Notes: generated from the sequence alone by a model not told the origin. Shown: positions 36,469 to 49,232, counted from the whole stretch's first letter. The stretch is DNA of 63,568 nucleotides, filler included, from Craspedostauros australis (GCA_030167865.1; 17 parts of 17 records of this genome joined end to end with filler, not necessarily neighbours in it); one strand, 5' to 3'. Translations and numbers: made by a program.

Positions 36469-39400
36469 CGCCTGTCATCATAGCAGCACCAGCACCTGCC
36501 ACCGATGCAATCACAAATCAGGAAGAGCGCAAGAGAGAAAGCAAAGGAGATGGCTCCGATTCAATCGACGCAAATCAAAGCAGCAGAGGGAAAAGAGAGC
36601 AACAGCATCACCGCCAGCCATTGCTCAAAGCCAGAGTTCGGATGAGGAACACAATCCTACCCAGATCACCGTCCGCGATGTCTTCACGCCCAAAAGCCTT
36701 CCGTTGAGATTGCGCAGAGCGATGATGGTCTTGTGCTCTATGGTCTTCATCATCGTCCCAGTTATCCTCTTCCACTTGGATAGCGAGCATCATCAGGAAG
36801 TGTTTGAATCATCGTATGAGCACTTGGCGTTCGCCGCCTCTCACGGCATCCAAAAGCAATGGGATGGCATCCAGCGCACGTTGGCGACACAGAGCCAATT
36901 CATAGCGGAGTCGCCCAGGTTGAGCTCCGACAGCAACGCGACTGACGGTCTGACTGCTAACCAGTCATCACCGTCGATGGTACTACCCGCTCAGACAATC
37001 TTGCATTTCGACACCTTGGCTGCTGCCGAAATCACATCAACGCAAGGCGTTATTTTTGTGGGATATCATCCGCTCTTCCATTCCACGGACGACGTGCAAC
37101 AGTGGGAATCCTACATCTCGCAGGCGCATGTACGGGGCTGGTACGACCAGACGGTGCAACAGCAACCATCTTTCGTCACGAGACGCGATCGCACGATCTT
37201 AAAGGCACGATCCAGTCCACACCTCAACATCGACCTGGCTGATCCACCCACGAACTTGTACGAGTACTCCGCCAAAGTCGAGCCATGGCCGATGGGCGCG
37301 ATTACCAGCGCCTCGCCATCCTCGCAAACCATCAAGGAGGAGGCGTCGCAGTATGCACTTCCGCTGTGGCAGAGCATGCCAATTCACTCCTGGCTCGTCA
37401 ATCACGATTTGCTGTCGCAGTCGTCACAAGATCGGCGCACGCTGGTACAGGATCTCGTGATCGAGCAGCAGCGCACCGTCATTGATCCCATCCCATCCAT
37501 CGACAGCGACGAGTCGACGCTTTCACCAACAGATCGCATCTTCATGAAGGATTACCATGCCAGCTTCTTGAGAGGCTACTACGGCACGAATAACGTGCAG
37601 TACGATGACGACCCCATGTCATGGGTTTACCATCCCGTCGTCGAGCAGACATCAACGGGCACTGTGGAGAACGAAGTCGTTGCTATCATCTCGATGCTGA
37701 TCGATTGGAAGCAGATGCTGAAACTCCAATCCTCTCATGCAGAGCATTCTTCCTCCCATGATGATCATGACGAGGATCATGACGAAGATCATGACGACGA
37801 GCATGACGAGGATCACGACGAGGATCATGACGATGAGCATGACGAGGATCATGACGAGGATCACGACGATGAGCATGACGATGAGCATGACGAGGATCAC
37901 GACGAAGATCACGACGAAGATCACGACGAGAATCATGACGAGGATCATGACGATGAGCATGATGATCACGACGATGATCATGGTGATCATGATGATCACA
38001 ACCATGATCTCCATCGTCTGCTCTTCGTCGTTGAATGCGCATGTGGGCCCACATTCTCCATCGAATACGACATAGACACGTGGACGCCAAACTTCCTGGG
38101 TCACATCGACGCCCATGATCCATCCATGGAAGGCAAGTGGAAGACCGTCGTGCACCTAGGAGATTTGCACCAACCAACGAACGGCGTAGAGAAGCACTGT
38201 CCGTACACTGTCAACATATACCCATCCGAGGCTATGCACGAAGGTCTGGAGTCTCACTTTTCGTACATCCTACAGCTGGCAGGGTTGATCATCTTCACAG
38301 TCTTGCTGGGGTTGCTACACGACTTCATCACACGCCGGCAACTGGCCAACATCATGACTGCCGGACAGGCTCATGAGGCCCTGGTGACCCAAATGTTCCC
38401 GAAGCACGTCCTTCAACGGATGAGGGCGAGAGGTTACAACCGGCATTGTACCGACGTGACGAACAACAGCAGGCACGGCAAAAGCAGGGCGTCATCCTCG
38501 TTGATGTCAATGGTTGGGGAGGAGGAAGCCAACAGGCTCGGCACTTCCCTTCACAAAATGAGGCGAGAACTCTCTTCGTTCCTGGACGGCGTCAGCGATC
38601 ACTACGGCAACGGCAGGGCTTCCCGAAGCACAAGCGCCATCATGCACGAAGTATTGGCAAGTCCCATCGCGGAACTGTTCACCAACTGCACCGTCTTCTT
38701 TGCCGAGATCGACGGATTCGCCGGGTGGTGCTCACAGCGCGAACCGGAGAAGATCATATCCCTGCTGGAATCCATCTTCCATATCATGGACAGGCTGGCG
38801 AAGCGTCGGCAGGTGTTCAAGGTGGAGACCATCGGAGATTGCTACATGGCGGTGACGGGAATACCCGACCTACAGAGCGATCACGCTGTCCGTATGGCGC
38901 GTTTCGCCCGAGATTGCATCAACGCGGTCCACGAACGCCTGCGGCAGTTAGAACTGGTCTTCGGCCCAGATACGGGCGATCTGAGGCTGCGAATCGGAAT
39001 GCACAGCGGGCCAGTCACGGCTGGCGTGCTGCAGGGCGAGAAGGCGCGATTCCAACTCTTCGGCGACACGGTCAATACGGCAAGCCGGATGGAATCCACC
39101 GGCGCCACGAATCGCATCCAAATATCGCAAGCCACTGCGGATCTCATCATCGCCGCTGGTAAGAAGAGCTGGGTGAAAGATCGCGTCAAGACGATCAGCG
39201 CCAAGGGCAAGGGCATCGTGAACACATTCTGGCTGACAATACCCAAACGAATCGAAAGCTCAGCATCACAAACGACCAGCCAGTCGCAATCGAAGTATGC
39301 AGATGCTGTCGACAGCGACGATGATGAGCTGTACGTCGCCGAGAAGCTCGACGGTGCTTCAGAAGAACAAAGGAACGATGAAATGCTCACCAAGTGGTCT

Positions 39401-42022
39401 CGGAACCTCAAGCAAAACCGCCTCATTGATTGGGTCACTAGTATCCTAAAATCCCATCTGGAAGAATTAGTGGCGGAGCGCAACCCGAGCGATGCAACGT
39501 CGCGAACATCGACATCGTCGTCATCATCCTCTCTGCCATCACCGAAAGCAGCACAATCAAGCCAAGAAGCAACAAAGAAAGCCACCGTCCTTGATGAGTA
39601 TCGGGAGGTAATCGGACTGACACACTCGTCGTCGCCGTCGTCGCGATCGCCATTGCCATTATCATCATCATCATCTGGTGTGACGAAGGATCGGATCAAG
39701 ACAGAACCACCATCTCGCGATCATCAGCACAAAGTCAAAACCAAGTTGCCATCGCAAGTCCGCCAACAACTCCGGGAGTTCGTCGCGTCCATCTCCGATC
39801 GATACCCCAAGCACAACTTCCACGGCTTCGAACACGCAAGTCACGTCACCACGGCTGCCACCAAACTCCTCAGGCAAGTCGGCGACATGAAGCAGGGAAC
39901 CAGAGACGGAAGGAATTTATTCAGCGATGATGCCGATGGGTTGCACCCCTCGTGGACGCAATCACTCCATTCTGTGACCGCAAGCAGTGCAATCGCAAAG
40001 TTCGCTGTTGTTTTCGCATGCGTGGTCCACAACGTCGATCACAGCGGCATCTCAAATGCACAACTGGCCATTCAATCGCCGGCAATGAGCCAAGCTTTCA
40101 ACGGCCGATGCATCGCAGAGCAGAACTCGTTCCAAGTTACATGGAACCTGCTGGCGCAGGATCAATTTGAAGAACTCCGCAGCTGCATCTTTCCAAACCA
40201 GCAAGCGGAGGAACAGTTCCGGCAATTCCTGGTCAACTTGGTTCTTGCCACAGATCTGTTCGATCCTGAACTCGCTCAAATCAGGCAGAACCGGTGGGAC
40301 AAGGCATTCCCCAGCGCAAGTGGATCCGGAGATACATCCCCTCACGGCTCGGTGGATCCACACTTCGCGAGGAATGGTGACACACGCCAGACGAAACTCG
40401 ATGTCGACACGCAAACGACGGCCCTCCTGGAGCACATCATGCAGATCGCCAAGACCAGCCACGCCATGCAGCACTGGAGCGTCTACAGCAAGTGGAACGA
40501 GCGGTCATTCCGTGAGACGTTCCGGGCGTTCCAGGCGGGCAGAGCTACGGCAGATCCAGCCATCGACTGGCACAACAATGAGCTCGCTTTCTTCGACGAC
40601 TACGTCATACCGCTGACAAAGCAGCTATCACGCTGTCACGTACTCCAAGGAGTGTCCGTGCAGTTCTTGGAGACTGCACGTCAGAACCGGCAGATCTGGT
40701 TATTGAGTGGGGAGGAAACCGTGCGAGAAATGCACGAACTCTGTCAACAGAAGGCCAAGGTGAATGTCGGCGGTTTTACTGACGAAGAGATTCGGTCCAT
40801 GTCAGCCAAGCAGCTCGAGTACAGTCTCACGGTGCTGATTCGCAAAGGCAAGGCATTTGGCACGCTCAAGGCCTGGGACAAGGCAGGGATTCGCAATGCT
40901 GCGCAGTCGTGGCTGGACGCCATCGATATCTTTGAAAAATGCTCCGCTTCCGCACATCTTGAGAACAAGTCCATCATCTTCCCGGTGTACTCAGGATTGT
41001 TTGCATACATTTGCGGGGGGAAGATCCTGCAGGAGACGGACCTTTCCTTCGAGACCAACCTGGCTGCACGCTTCGTCCGAGATTCTCAACGCATCGTGCG
41101 CGAAGATCCAATCCATTGCTGCCGTGCGTTGGCGATGCAAACTGCCGTGCTCTCATTCCAAGGCAAATATGAGGACGCTCTCGAGAACTCCGAACTGCTG
41201 GAAGAAATCTACGAACCGTCGCAGCATTCGGCAGACATCGTCAACAACTACGGTATCGATCATGCCATGATCTGCATCGGGTATCGTGGAGTTTGGTTGC
41301 ACCTGATGGGACGGGAAGAAGCAGCGATCAAGGCCTCGAATTTTGCGTTGGATACTCTCCTTCCCGTCATCGGCCCAACGAACATTCTGAACATCTTCCA
41401 TGTGATCCTGCCTGCCATCCAAGTGCTTCAGCACCACGGCCGCCTTCCAGATCTGTTGAACATCTTCCAAACCAACGTCGTGGACAACCAACGAAGGTAC
41501 AAGATCAAGACTCCTGTGGTGCCTCTCATCAAGCCAACCCTGTATTTGCTACAAGTCCTATCCGATCCTGCCCAATTTTCGCAGGAGGGCATCGATTGGA
41601 TCTTGGACGAGAGCAACGGCAAGATCCCAGCTTTTCTCGACAGTATTCTCACCAGGTTTTACTGGTCACCGAGCACCATTTGCACAGAGCTATGCCTCCG
41701 GGTTGCACAAAAGCTGCACCGCGAACAGTCGCAGACTGAAAAGATCGAGGTGCTGCTGCGCAGAGCCCGCAGCTTCTCTGAGGCTGCCATGTGCTTTATC
41801 ATGGGAGATTGCAAGGACACGGGCAAAAAGGTTTTGAGAAATCCAGCTGCGTGGAAGTTCCACAAGGAGATCATCGACGAGGTGAACACATTTTGCGCAA
41901 GCATCGGTGCGGAATGCGGGATCCTGGATGCTGCGGGTCATGCGGATGGCAATACTGGCGACGTCACGCCAAGATCGCAAACCTTGCAGACGAGCCTTGG
42001 AGTGATTTGGTTGGCTGATTGA
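35591..42022 (+). CDS. Gene D: receptor-type cyclase + degenerate PDE + TPR-like tail, single ORF, 2143 aa
   Basis: Long disordered N-terminus, TM, sensor region with a His/Asp repeat, second TM. Cyclase motifs FFAEIDGF, KVETIGDCY, FGDTVNTASRMES and AKGKG. PDE-like motifs FHGFEHASHV, HNVDHSGISN, ATDL and QIAKTSH. About 420-aa helical tail. Confidence 0.9.
37757..38014 (+). repeat. Coding ~12-nt tandem repeat encoding (HDED/HDDE)n
   Basis: CATGACGAGGAT-like units translate as HDDHDEDHDEDHDDEHDEDH...HNHDLH. Confidence 0.92.
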
Positions 42023-42434
42023 TTGATTCATCGATCGATGGATTTCATGCGGCGTTCGTAGGGGGAAGATCAAGCTCTAATACTAGTTGTATTTACTTCT
42101 TGGTTATTCAATAGATTATCTTGTAGAATATGAGTCGTCGTCTGATAAACGCGTATAGTATGCACAAGCAGCGAGAGCGCAGCCAAAGACACAGTTTCCA
42201 TTTCATTGCATTGCATTATCGGACTGCCATACCTGCTACTCTGAAGGGTTGAGTATGTCATCTGCGTGCGATTTGCTCGGCGGATAGAACCTTCAACCTA
42301 ACTTGCATTGCGATGAGTGCGGGTACTCACGTAGAACCCCCGTCAATTGAAGCTGTTCGCGCTGGTGCCACGCTAAACACACCAGCCGCGGGAGCTTCGC
42401 CAAAGACCTTGCTTTGACCCTTGAAGGAGATGCA

Positions 42435-45400
42435 TCAGGCCGGCTCATGGTCATCCAACGAAATACAGCCGTCGGTCCCCACCATGTCACAGCACTGCTC
42501 AGCGTCGCAGCACATGGTACAACATGCGCACGGAATCCTCGGAGAATCCCCGAGACAGTCTGTCACGAAATCTCCGTCCTCGGTTGGCTGTTGCATCTCA
42601 TCGCAGATGCTTGGTGTGAAGCTCCCAGTCATGTTGTTGCCAACCAAAGAGAACTTCTCAAGGTTGGATAGCTGATACAGCTCAGTCGGTATCGCTCCCA
42701 TAAATCTGTTATGATCCAAGGATAGGCGTGCCAGATTCGCAAGTTTCCCAATCTCCGATGGAATGGAACCAGCAAGCTTGTTGTTGTCTATTTGCACAAA
42801 TGTACGAGCATGGTGTTTGATCCATACCAACGCATCACCCGGACACAGCGCGCATAGAGGGAAATCAAGAAGCAATTCACGCCGCGTTGCCGCAGCAAGG
42901 GGAAGGATGCGGAAGGACGATCATTCGACAAAGGAAAGGAAAAGGATGGATTTCATTCGTGAGAGAGTGGGCACAACTGACTCGGGCGACGCCTGCATAC
43001 AACTATATAATGGTATGTACCAACACAAGTAAGGAAGACGGATACGCAGATTCAAGTCCATGAAGAGATGCCGTTTTTCGTTTCCGCAGCACGGTTCTTT
43101 GGATCTGGGACTTACGCAGGTAGAGTCTGGTGAGCTTGGTCAATTTGCCGAGCTCGGTTGGGATGGTACCTTTGAACTTGTTGTGGGCTATGACACAAGC
43201 ACATGTTGGAGGCGGGGTATTGGATACAGTAGCGAGGTAGAGTGAGGAAGATAGTGGCACAAAGGCAGCCGTTGTGGCAACATACAAGCGTGAATGTTCG
43301 TGTCAGAGGTCAAGAGGTCAAACGGAGCCACAGCATCACTTGCAGCCGCAGAGCACCATTACAGCAGATCGTCGTTCCTGCGGCATCAGTCGCAGTCTGG
43401 ACTGTCTTGGGCTTTGGACAAAGTCGCACTGTTTGTAGGCAGCAACTATCGCCTCCATTCAAGCGTACGGCCATCCTGTCTACTCGCCGCTGATACACGC
43501 ACATGCATACATATCCAATGCATAGACAATGCTTTGCACTTACATAGCTGCGCAACCTCCAGGTCACTCAAGTAAGCAATCTCTGTCATGAGCGTGCCAC
43601 GCAACTGCTTGGCAGCTGCGATGTGGTGATCGTGAATGTGGTTCCAACGAAGGGGATTCAATGACGCGACGAGGTGGTGAGATTCGATGGAAACGGCGCC
43701 ACACATAAACGCATAACCACGGAGCTTGGTAGGCGACGCGACGCGACACCACATTCACCCACAAAGTCACAAGGAACGCAAGCACGAGATGCACATGCGC
43801 ACTTACAAAGTCGGAGCTTTTCGACATGACCATCGTTGTTGCATTTGATCGCAGTCCAATCGCAAATCGGAAGATCGGAGAGCCATTTGAAGGCGAGGGC
43901 CAGTTGGCTGGAGTCCTGTTCGTAGAACAAGGTGACCATGACGTAGCGTTCCTGGATAATCTGGAATGGTGTCGTGCGAGGATCCAGCTCCGCCCCGTCG
44001 TCCTCGGCCAACCAGCGGACGGCCTTGCGTTGCGACGTCTTCTGTGCGAGGACGATCGCAAGTTCATCGTCTGTGTAGTTGGCGAAGAGGACGCTAATGA
44101 AATCGTCATATCTCGTGTTGTTCGACGCAAAGAGATTGACGGTCGGGCTGGATGACGGCATTTGCGAGGGTGCTTGGGATGGAATTTCCGACGGCGTGTG
44201 CGACGGCTGGGATGTTGGAGAAGACGACGCCACCGCTGTCGGCTGCGCCGTAAGTACCGTTGCTCTGGTGGGACTTCCAGTGCCTCGACCTTGCGAGTCC
44301 CGGTCGTTGTTCTCCTGGACGGACTTATTCGAGTCACTGTTTCCACCACCACCGTTTTGTGAGGAGACAACGACAGCCGCAACAATGACACCGACTGCCA
44401 CCAGCAAAGCGATGGCGCAGAACACGAAGAATCGCTTGCGCGGCATGCCGCAGATCGTGCGATCCTCCCGTTTGACGATCATCGCAATCTCGGCTTCGCT
44501 GGTGGGAAAATCCGTTCCCTCCGGCTTCGCGCACACGGCGGCGGCCTCCATGATCGTGCCCGAGACGGCCGTAGCGTCGTAGAGGTGGGGATTCTGCTGG
44601 CGCATGAGCTCCCTCTCCGCCTCGAGCTCCCTCGCACGCTGCTCCAGCTCGCGCACACGTTCCTGCGTCTGCTGCACGTCATCGGCGGCGACCAACGTGG
44701 CTTCGTAGAGCGGGATCTGCGTCGTCGTGCCGATATCGTGCGAGGTGTTCGGCGCGGATGTGCGTGCGTCATCGTGCAGCGTGGTGTTGGGGTCGTTCGT
44801 AGCAGAAGCATTTGGCGCTGAGACGAATGCCGGGCGTTGCAGGCCCTTCTCGACGACCGACGGCGTTTCTGGTGCGCTCTGTAACGATGAAGGCTGCTTC
44901 GTCATCGCCCCACCTTGCTCCTGCGTGAAGCCAGGCGCCTTGTCCGCTCCGGTCGACGCAAAGACTTCCTTTTGAAGTGTCTGTTTCTGCGATTTTGCCG
45001 ATGCGGGGACTGCGGTCGATTGCCCCGGCTTCAACAGGGTCTCCGTCTTGGAAGGAGCCGGCGTGGCACTCGAGGATTGCACACCGAGACCAGTGAGAGG
45101 AGGCGAGAGATGCTCAAAGAACGCCCCGGCACGTTCTGCTGCCATGACTTCCTTGTCGTCCACCGAGGCTTCTGTTCCTCCCTGAGGCTGCTGATCCGTT
45201 TGGATTGTGGGAGATGGCTGCCCCAACATGGACACAGTTGTTGACTGGGACACGCGCGCCAAGGCACGGCGCTTCGATTCCTGATCAGCCAGGCTCGAGT
45301 TCGGCGTTCCTCGACGACGCATGGAACGTCGACTTGCCGATGGAGAGGCATGGGATGCACCTCCAACTGGCGAGAAGCCATTGCCATCATCTCTTTCGCT

Positions 45401-45505
45401 TCTGCTGCGCCTGCTGTTGTTGCTGTCACCGGTGTTTACAGCGTTGATCGCATCATCACCAGCCTCCTGATGATTGGAGGCATCTTTCTTGTCGTCGTTC
45501 TCCAT
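42435..45505 (-). CDS. Type II membrane leucine-rich repeat protein (LRR gene E), 4 exons, ~731 aa
   Basis: Exons 45505-43807, 43615-43544, 43187-43116 and 42787-42435 join in frame. TM FFVFCAIALLVAVGVIVAAVVV, S/T/P stalk, QRKAVRWL..ERYVM..WL...CDW cap, plant-type LRRs (N.F.GTIPTELG.L), and C-terminal CACCTMCC. Confidence 0.87.
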
Positions 45506-46193
45506 GATGACTTGCTTTCTTCTGCAACCGTGCGTGAGTATGTGAGTATGTCAGTATGTGGGGATGTGAGTGTGGGTATGAATGAGTGTGTGAGAACCGA
45601 GACGAGCAGCGAGCATTGACACGGCCTGTGGATCAGTGTGGTCGCTATCCTCAATCAGCAGGATGGAATGAAAGTGGTCATAGAGTGGTGACCATGGCTT
45701 CTTGTTTGGGAGATGGTTGTGACATCGTTTGTTTCCTCACGCCCATCGATCCACAGAAAGGGGAAAAGCTCAACTCGGCACAAGCCACTTGGACCTTCCG
45801 TCGTCACACGCACAAAGATACGGGGGACTCAGTGTTTAAATGTTCTCTGTCTCATCCACGTCGTGATCGACAAGGACAAAAGGCAGTCATTGTTCTTAAA
45901 TATCAGTGTTATGCAGAATGGCGAACTAGAAGCCATTCACACCACGTTTGCGAGCACACAGGGCAAGGTGATGGATCGGAGATAGGTGCCTTCACCATCC
46001 TCCACTCGTCGATCGTTTTACACAACCTACTGTGCTCTCTCCAAGCGTGGTAACTTTCAGAGTTACCCACGTCCATAGCATGCTCCGCAACTTCATGTCG
46101 ATCTCGCTTCGCTCTGACACGCAATCCAACAGAATTGTTCACCACTTCAGAGTGCGTGTGCACTCCAACGCCGACGCAAACATCATGCCCCAA

Positions 46194-48159
46194 TCAAAAC
46201 GGATGATACGACCACACGGAGGCGCAGCCATCATCTCCGACCTGATCGCAGCAATCCAAACCATCGCAGCATGTCGTGCAACAGGCGCATTCCATGTTAG
46301 GATTGAAACCGCCGCAATCGACTGCGAAGGAACCTGCCGTCTTCGGTTGCGTCGGATCCGCATCACTGCACACGACGGGAGTGACGCTGCCGGACACGTC
46401 CATGTTGTACAAGAACAGTTCAATGAGGTGCTGCAAATTGTTGAGCTCGGTCGGGATGTCTCCCCTGAAGCTGTTGCCGCTCAATGACAGCTTTCTGAGG
46501 TTCACGAGGTTGCCAAGCTCGGATGGGATCATTCCGTCGAAACGATTGTGGTCTGTGACAGGAGCACGGGAAGTTTGCGATCGATTGGCACGTGTGCGCG
46601 AACAGTACGTGTAGAACGTTTAGGATCATCATGAATAATTGCAGTTCAAGACGCATGTTCCATGGTGTGAGGTATAATATTTTGCAATGCGTGTACTGGA
46701 TTGCAAGGGTTCAACAGAGATCGTCGTCACAAGCCATGGAAATCGCATGAGCAACTGCACCAACGTGTCAAAGAAGGTTGAACGAATGAACGTCGAGTCG
46801 CACTTACGCAGGTAGAGCTTGGTGAGGTTCTTGAGCTGTCCGACTTCTGTTGGTATGTGCCCATCGAGACTGTTGTAGGCTGTGACGGTGGAAATGAAAA
46901 GCGAGTTGCAGCAACGACATTTGTGAGAGACACCTTGATTTCGAGACCATCTCATGTCGCCATTCGTCAAGTCTCTCTCGCTCGCTGTGTCATGTGTGCC
47001 AGTGTTGTACCAGTATAACAATACACTTACAAACGTCGACTGACTCCAGGTCCGCGAACCGTCCTATTTCAGTCATGATGTGACTGTGAAACCCCAGACC
47101 GGCTGTAGGACATTGAAGAGGGTAGATTATATAATACAAATGGGACGCAGGTGATGCGAGTTCGTGTGGTGAGTTGGAAGTAGTTTTGCTCTGGAACACA
47201 TTGCATACAGCATCGAATACTAGTATTGCACGGGAGAACAGAGTTGGGGTTCAGGTGTCTGGTCACGTGGTAAACCGCGGAACATGTGCGCACTTACAGA
47301 ACCGGAGCTTTCGGACGGTGCCACCGTCATGGCATCGCACTCGGGCCCAGTCGCAAACAGCATCCCCGGACAACCACCCGAACTGGAAAGCCAGCTTTGA
47401 ACCCGAGTGATGGTAGAAGAGCAGAGCCATGAGGTATCGCTCGCTCAGAATCTGCAAGGAAACATGGCTGGACACAACATTTGCAGGATCTTCTTGCACG
47501 AGCCACTTCAGTGCCTTGTGCGGGGCCGTGCCAGGCGTCATCAGAAGTGTAAGGTCATCGTCCGTGCAATTCGGATAGAGCAATTCGATCACGTCGTTGT
47601 ATGCCGATGCATCGAAACTTCCCGCTTCATCAGGCGGGTTAGTTGGTGGTGCTGTGGTCGGCCACGAGGTTGGTAGCGCTGGGGGTCCAGTGTTGGACGG
47701 GGTTGCAGGTGATGATGCCTCGAATGCACTTGGAGGCCATGTGGGTGGAGACGTGGTTGGTGACGAGGTTGGGATCATGTTCGGTTGTGATGGACTGGGA
47801 TTGCCACCTTCGACAACGGATCCGTCTCCCTTATCGCTGTTTTGCGCCTCGTCACTTCTTCCCGGACGGCTCCCGTCATTGCCTTGAAGGCTCACGACGA
47901 TGCCCCCGATAAAGACAGACACCAGGATCACAAGAGTGACGGCAACCAATGTGAAACATTGTTTCTTCTTGAGGCCGCACGTGCCTTCATTTTCGTGATG
48001 CTTGGCATCAGCAACTGGTACGCCTGATCTCACGTCCTCATTGTGCTCGGGATCGACATCAGGTGAATAATTGTAGATGGATGTTTCGTTGCTGATCATT
48101 GTGTCGACGTCAGTGTCGGCGTAAGTGTTGGTGTCGGCAAGGGTGCTTGTACCGGCCAT
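46194..48159 (-). CDS. Type II membrane leucine-rich repeat protein (LRR gene F), 4 exons, ~454 aa
   Basis: Exons 48159-47298, 47102-47031, 46879-46808 and 46552-46194 join in frame. Same architecture and intron positions as gene E, ending in CACCTTCC. The start codon is uncertain. Confidence 0.84.
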
Positions 48160-48832
48160 TTTGTGGATTGTGGACTCGTAGCGTGCGCTCTCAGTGTGGA
48201 TTACCTGTTGCTGGTGTCGCTGTGGTTGTTGCGTTTGCTATTGTTCTTGTTCTCGAGTATACTGGTATGTTTGGTTTTTATGCCCAGATGGTCGTCGTAC
48301 GACCTATTATACTATGTAGTCATGGCCTCGATGGGTCTGGAACACCGCACTATGGCTATTGCAATCGATCGCACGTTGGTGGCGTACGTATGGTTGGGAC
48401 ATGGAAACTTGACGTGGTGCGATGCCATCCGTCGTTTCAGTCTCACATGCAGAGAGGATGAAAGTGGAAGTTGTTAGGGGGAAAAGCACCGCAGCTCACG
48501 AAGTAGTCGCAGGAGTGTGCAACTGTGATGGCTCAAGTTGCTTGGTGTTCGCCGTGGGCGACTTCGTCGTGTGTGTCTCGATGTCGGAGAAATGTTCTGT
48601 GAAGTGTTGGCGCGAAGTGTTTCACACATGTCGTCTTGCGTCGTCCGAAACGCACAGAGCTCGATAGGACCCGGTTGAGTGACAGGGACACTCGGCAGAA
48701 AGTCGGGATTCCATTCAACCTATCATTCGTTAAGTAATTTAGTATCATGACATTATCCTCCAGTCATTCAAAGTTGCTGCGTTTGGCGTCAATTACTCCC
48801 TTTACAAAACCTTGAGTCGCAACAGAGAAACT

Positions 48833-48975
48833 CCCGACATTCCCGACAAAGCACCCGACATTCCCGACAACGCACCCGACATTCCCGACAANNNNNNNNN
48901 NNNNNNNNNNNNNNNNNNNNNNNNNNNNNNNNNNNNNNNNNNNNNNNNNNNNNNNNNCGACATTCCCGACAAAGC
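48833..48975 (+). repeat. 21-bp minisatellite (CCCGACATTCCCGACAA[A/C]GCA)n spanning an N gap
   Basis: About three units precede the gap at 48892-48957 and the pattern resumes after it. Confidence 0.85.
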
Positions 48976-49232
48976 GCTCAATACTCGTCACAAGGCAGTC
49001 GGCGTGTTTGAGTACCTTTGCCCATCTGCTCGTGCTCGCTTGTTGGACAACGTTGATGGAGTGTGTCCCAGTGCGATCCATCAGTTGTACCCAGAACACA
49101 CACCAGACACCACTCAAAGCGCTGAGGCTATTNNNNNNNNNNNNNNNNNNNNNNNNNNNNNNNNNNNNNNNNNNNNTTAATTAATTAANNNNNNNNNNNN
49201 NNNNNNNNNNNNNNNNNNNNNNNNNNNNNNNN

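Noticed and set aside
37652..38177. Highly repetitive hydrophobic or Arg/His ORFs (VMILV..., RHDP..., MTRI...)
   Set aside because: Alternative-frame readings of the HDED repeat inside gene D.
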